From Clostridiales bacterium (GTDB lineage Bacteria; Bacillota; Clostridia; Christensenellales; UBA1750): a DNA stretch of 64,000 bases. The stretch spans positions 18,799 through 82,798 of the forward strand of contig SVHB01000001.1 in NCBI GenBank assembly GCA_015056005.1, given 5' to 3'. This document shows positions 51,601 through 54,600 of the stretch, piece by piece. Position numbers and translations under genes: made by a program. Positions within the stretch are counted from its first letter, which is position 1. Each line of letters starts with the position of its first letter. Below the pieces are notes generated by a model. It did no database searches. It had not been told where the DNA came from and was given only the letters and a program-made list of their open reading frames with translations.

Positions 51601-54600
51601 GGCGAGAACATCACTCTTACCGCAGAAAATGGCGGCATCGGCAAGAACACCGAAGTGGTCACCGAACAGGCCTCCTGGATCGAAGATACCATCAGCAACA
51701 TCCTTGGTGAGGATAACCCGCCCGATGCTTACAGCCCCGATAATAAGGGTACATGGGCTATTACCAGAAACGAAACCACCGGCAAGATCGAGATGACCTT
51801 CGAGATCGACTTTACCGCGATCAGGGATATCGACATCGAAACCGGAACAAACCTTAATGCAAATGCGGTTGAAGATATCGCAATATCCGAACTCACCGGC
51901 GATATGAACGCAGAAAATGTTGTTTCCACAAACGGCAGCGTTACCCTCAAGGCAAACGACGGCAGCCAGATGATTGAAAAGGTAGAAGCTAAGACCGATG
52001 CCACCGTGATCGCAAAGGAAGATCAGGATATCGCAAGCATTGAAGCCGAAACCGGAAATGCAGTCGTAAATGCAGGCGGTGACCAGAATATCGGTTCCGT
52101 AAATGCAGGCAATGACGCAGATGTAAAGGCAGCAGGACAGCAGGATATCGAAACCGTAACCGCAGGCAATGACGCGACTGTGAATGCGGGCGGTGATCAG
52201 AATGTTGGCTCCGTAACCGCAGGCAACGACATCAGCATGACCGCAGGCGGCGATCAGGATGTTGACAGTGCAGCTGCCGGAAGTGATGTTGATATGACCA
52301 CCGAGGGCACAATGTATATCGGCACGGTTACCGCAGGTGAAACCGTGGACCTCACCGCAAACGGCGATATCGTCGATGACCGTGATGAAGGCGAAACCAA
52401 GCCCAATGTCACCACAGAAAATGCGACGATGAACAGCAAGGAAGGTTCCATCGGCGAAGACCACGATAATCGTATCGATGTGGATATCGAAGGTACTCTT
52501 ACCACCGATTCCAAGGGCGATACCAACCTGAACGCAATCGGCGATCTGAATCTTACCGCAGATACCGATGAAGGTCAGATCAATGTTGACTCAAGCGGCG
52601 ATCTTACGATCACCAATACCGATAAGTATAACGACGGCGACATGAACCTCGGCGCCATCAAGGCAGAAGGCGATGTTGACATTACCGCAAAGGGCGGCTT
52701 CGAGCTTTTAGATAAGCTTGGCAGAGACGCTCAGGTAGAAGGCGATAACATCGACCTTACCGCTATGGATGGCAGCATCGGTACCAAGGAAGAACCCATG
52801 ACTGTGGATACCGCGGATGGCGGCGTTCTCAATGCCGATGCAACCGGCGGCGAGATCGTGATAACCGAGGTTGACGGCGATCTGATTCTTGATAAGATAT
52901 CATCCACCGATAACGGTGAGATCGATATCGTAAGCCCGGGCGGCATCGAAGTTGGCACTGTGACTTCTGAAGGCGGCGGCAACGTCACTCTTGAAGCACA
53001 AAACGGCGATATCACAGAATCCGATAAGACCAATAACGATTCCATCAAGGATGCAGCCGATGCCGCTGTTGAAGCTGGCAAGGCTCAGGCCAAGGTCGAC
53101 GGCCTTACCGATCAGGTAGAAGATCTTACCGATTATGTCGATGAGCTTACCGAAAACAAGGATGCTCTTACCGGCGTAAAGGATGATCTCGATAAGGCTA
53201 AGGACGATCAGAATAATGCACAAACTGCTCTGGACGATGCTAAGCAAGCTCAGGAAGATGCGAAGAAGACTTTGAGCGAAGAAGAAGAAAAACTTGAAGA
53301 GCTCAAGAACGCTGAAAATCCCGATGAGAACGCTATCAAAGAACAGCAGCAGAAGGTAGACGAAGCCAAGGATGCATACGATGACGCAGTTTCCAATACC
53401 AAGGATAAGGAAGAAGCGCTCAAGGATGCCAACGAGGCTGTAAAGGAAGCAGAAAGCGCTGCAAAGGATACCCTCAATAAGGTCAACGGCAATATCGGCG
53501 ACAGAGTAGAGGGTGTCGATGACGCAAAGAATATCGACGAGGCTATCAAGGCTCTTGAAGATGAAATAAGCGAAAAGACAGATGAACTGAACGACAAGTC
53601 CGATGAGCTCAACGAGGCCAAGAAGGCAGCTGAGGAAGCAAATCAGAAAGCCGAAGACCTTGCCGATAAGGCTGAGCCCTCCGGCATCGATACTGAGGGT
53701 GATCTCAATCTCATCCTTGGCAGCGAAGACGGCCGGGCAAGCGTAGGCACCGAGGATAATGCACTTGGCGCAACGGCCGATGGAGTGATAAGCATCACGA
53801 CTGATGAAGGTACCGAGCTTGAAGAGGTACACCTCGAAAGCGGAGACGATGTACAGCTTGCTCCCATTGAGACCAACGGCAAGACCGATATCACCGCAAA
53901 CGGAGATATCACTGGCGCATCCGATAAGGACGAACCCATAATCACCGCACCCGAACTCGAGCTCAACAGCTTGGGCGGCGATATCGGTGAGGAAGATGAT
54001 CCTCTGAAGATAAGCGTTGATGAAATCAAAGCCGGCGGCGAAAACATCTGGATCGAAAACGACAAGGATCTCAAGATCGACGAGATCGTAGCGGATGAAG
54101 ACGTGACTGTTATTGTTGACGGCGATATCACCGGCGGCGACAACGAGGACGATATCATCGGCGGCGATGTTGAACTTGAGGCTGAAGGCGATATCGGTAC
54201 TCAGGATGATCCCTTGAACGTTGAATCCGACGAGATTTCTGCAAAGGGCGATGACATCAACCTTGAAAGCGACAGCGATATCGTGGTCGACGAGATCATA
54301 GCTTCCGGCGATGTGACCATCGATACCGAAGGCTCCGTGACCGATAAGGACGATGATTCGATCATCTACGCAGACGATCTTACCATCAACGCTGAAGGCG
54401 GCGTGGGTACTCAGGACAATCCTCTTGATGTAAATGTATCCGGCACTATCACCATAAACGGCGGAATGGGCAAGGTATATATCGTAAATCACTATGTACC
54501 CGAAGAAGACGAATTCCCCGATGTTCTTGTCCATAAGCCCACCGGCATAATCGTAGCCGGCAAGTTCTCTGAAGGCGCTTACCTCTATGTGGATCACGAA

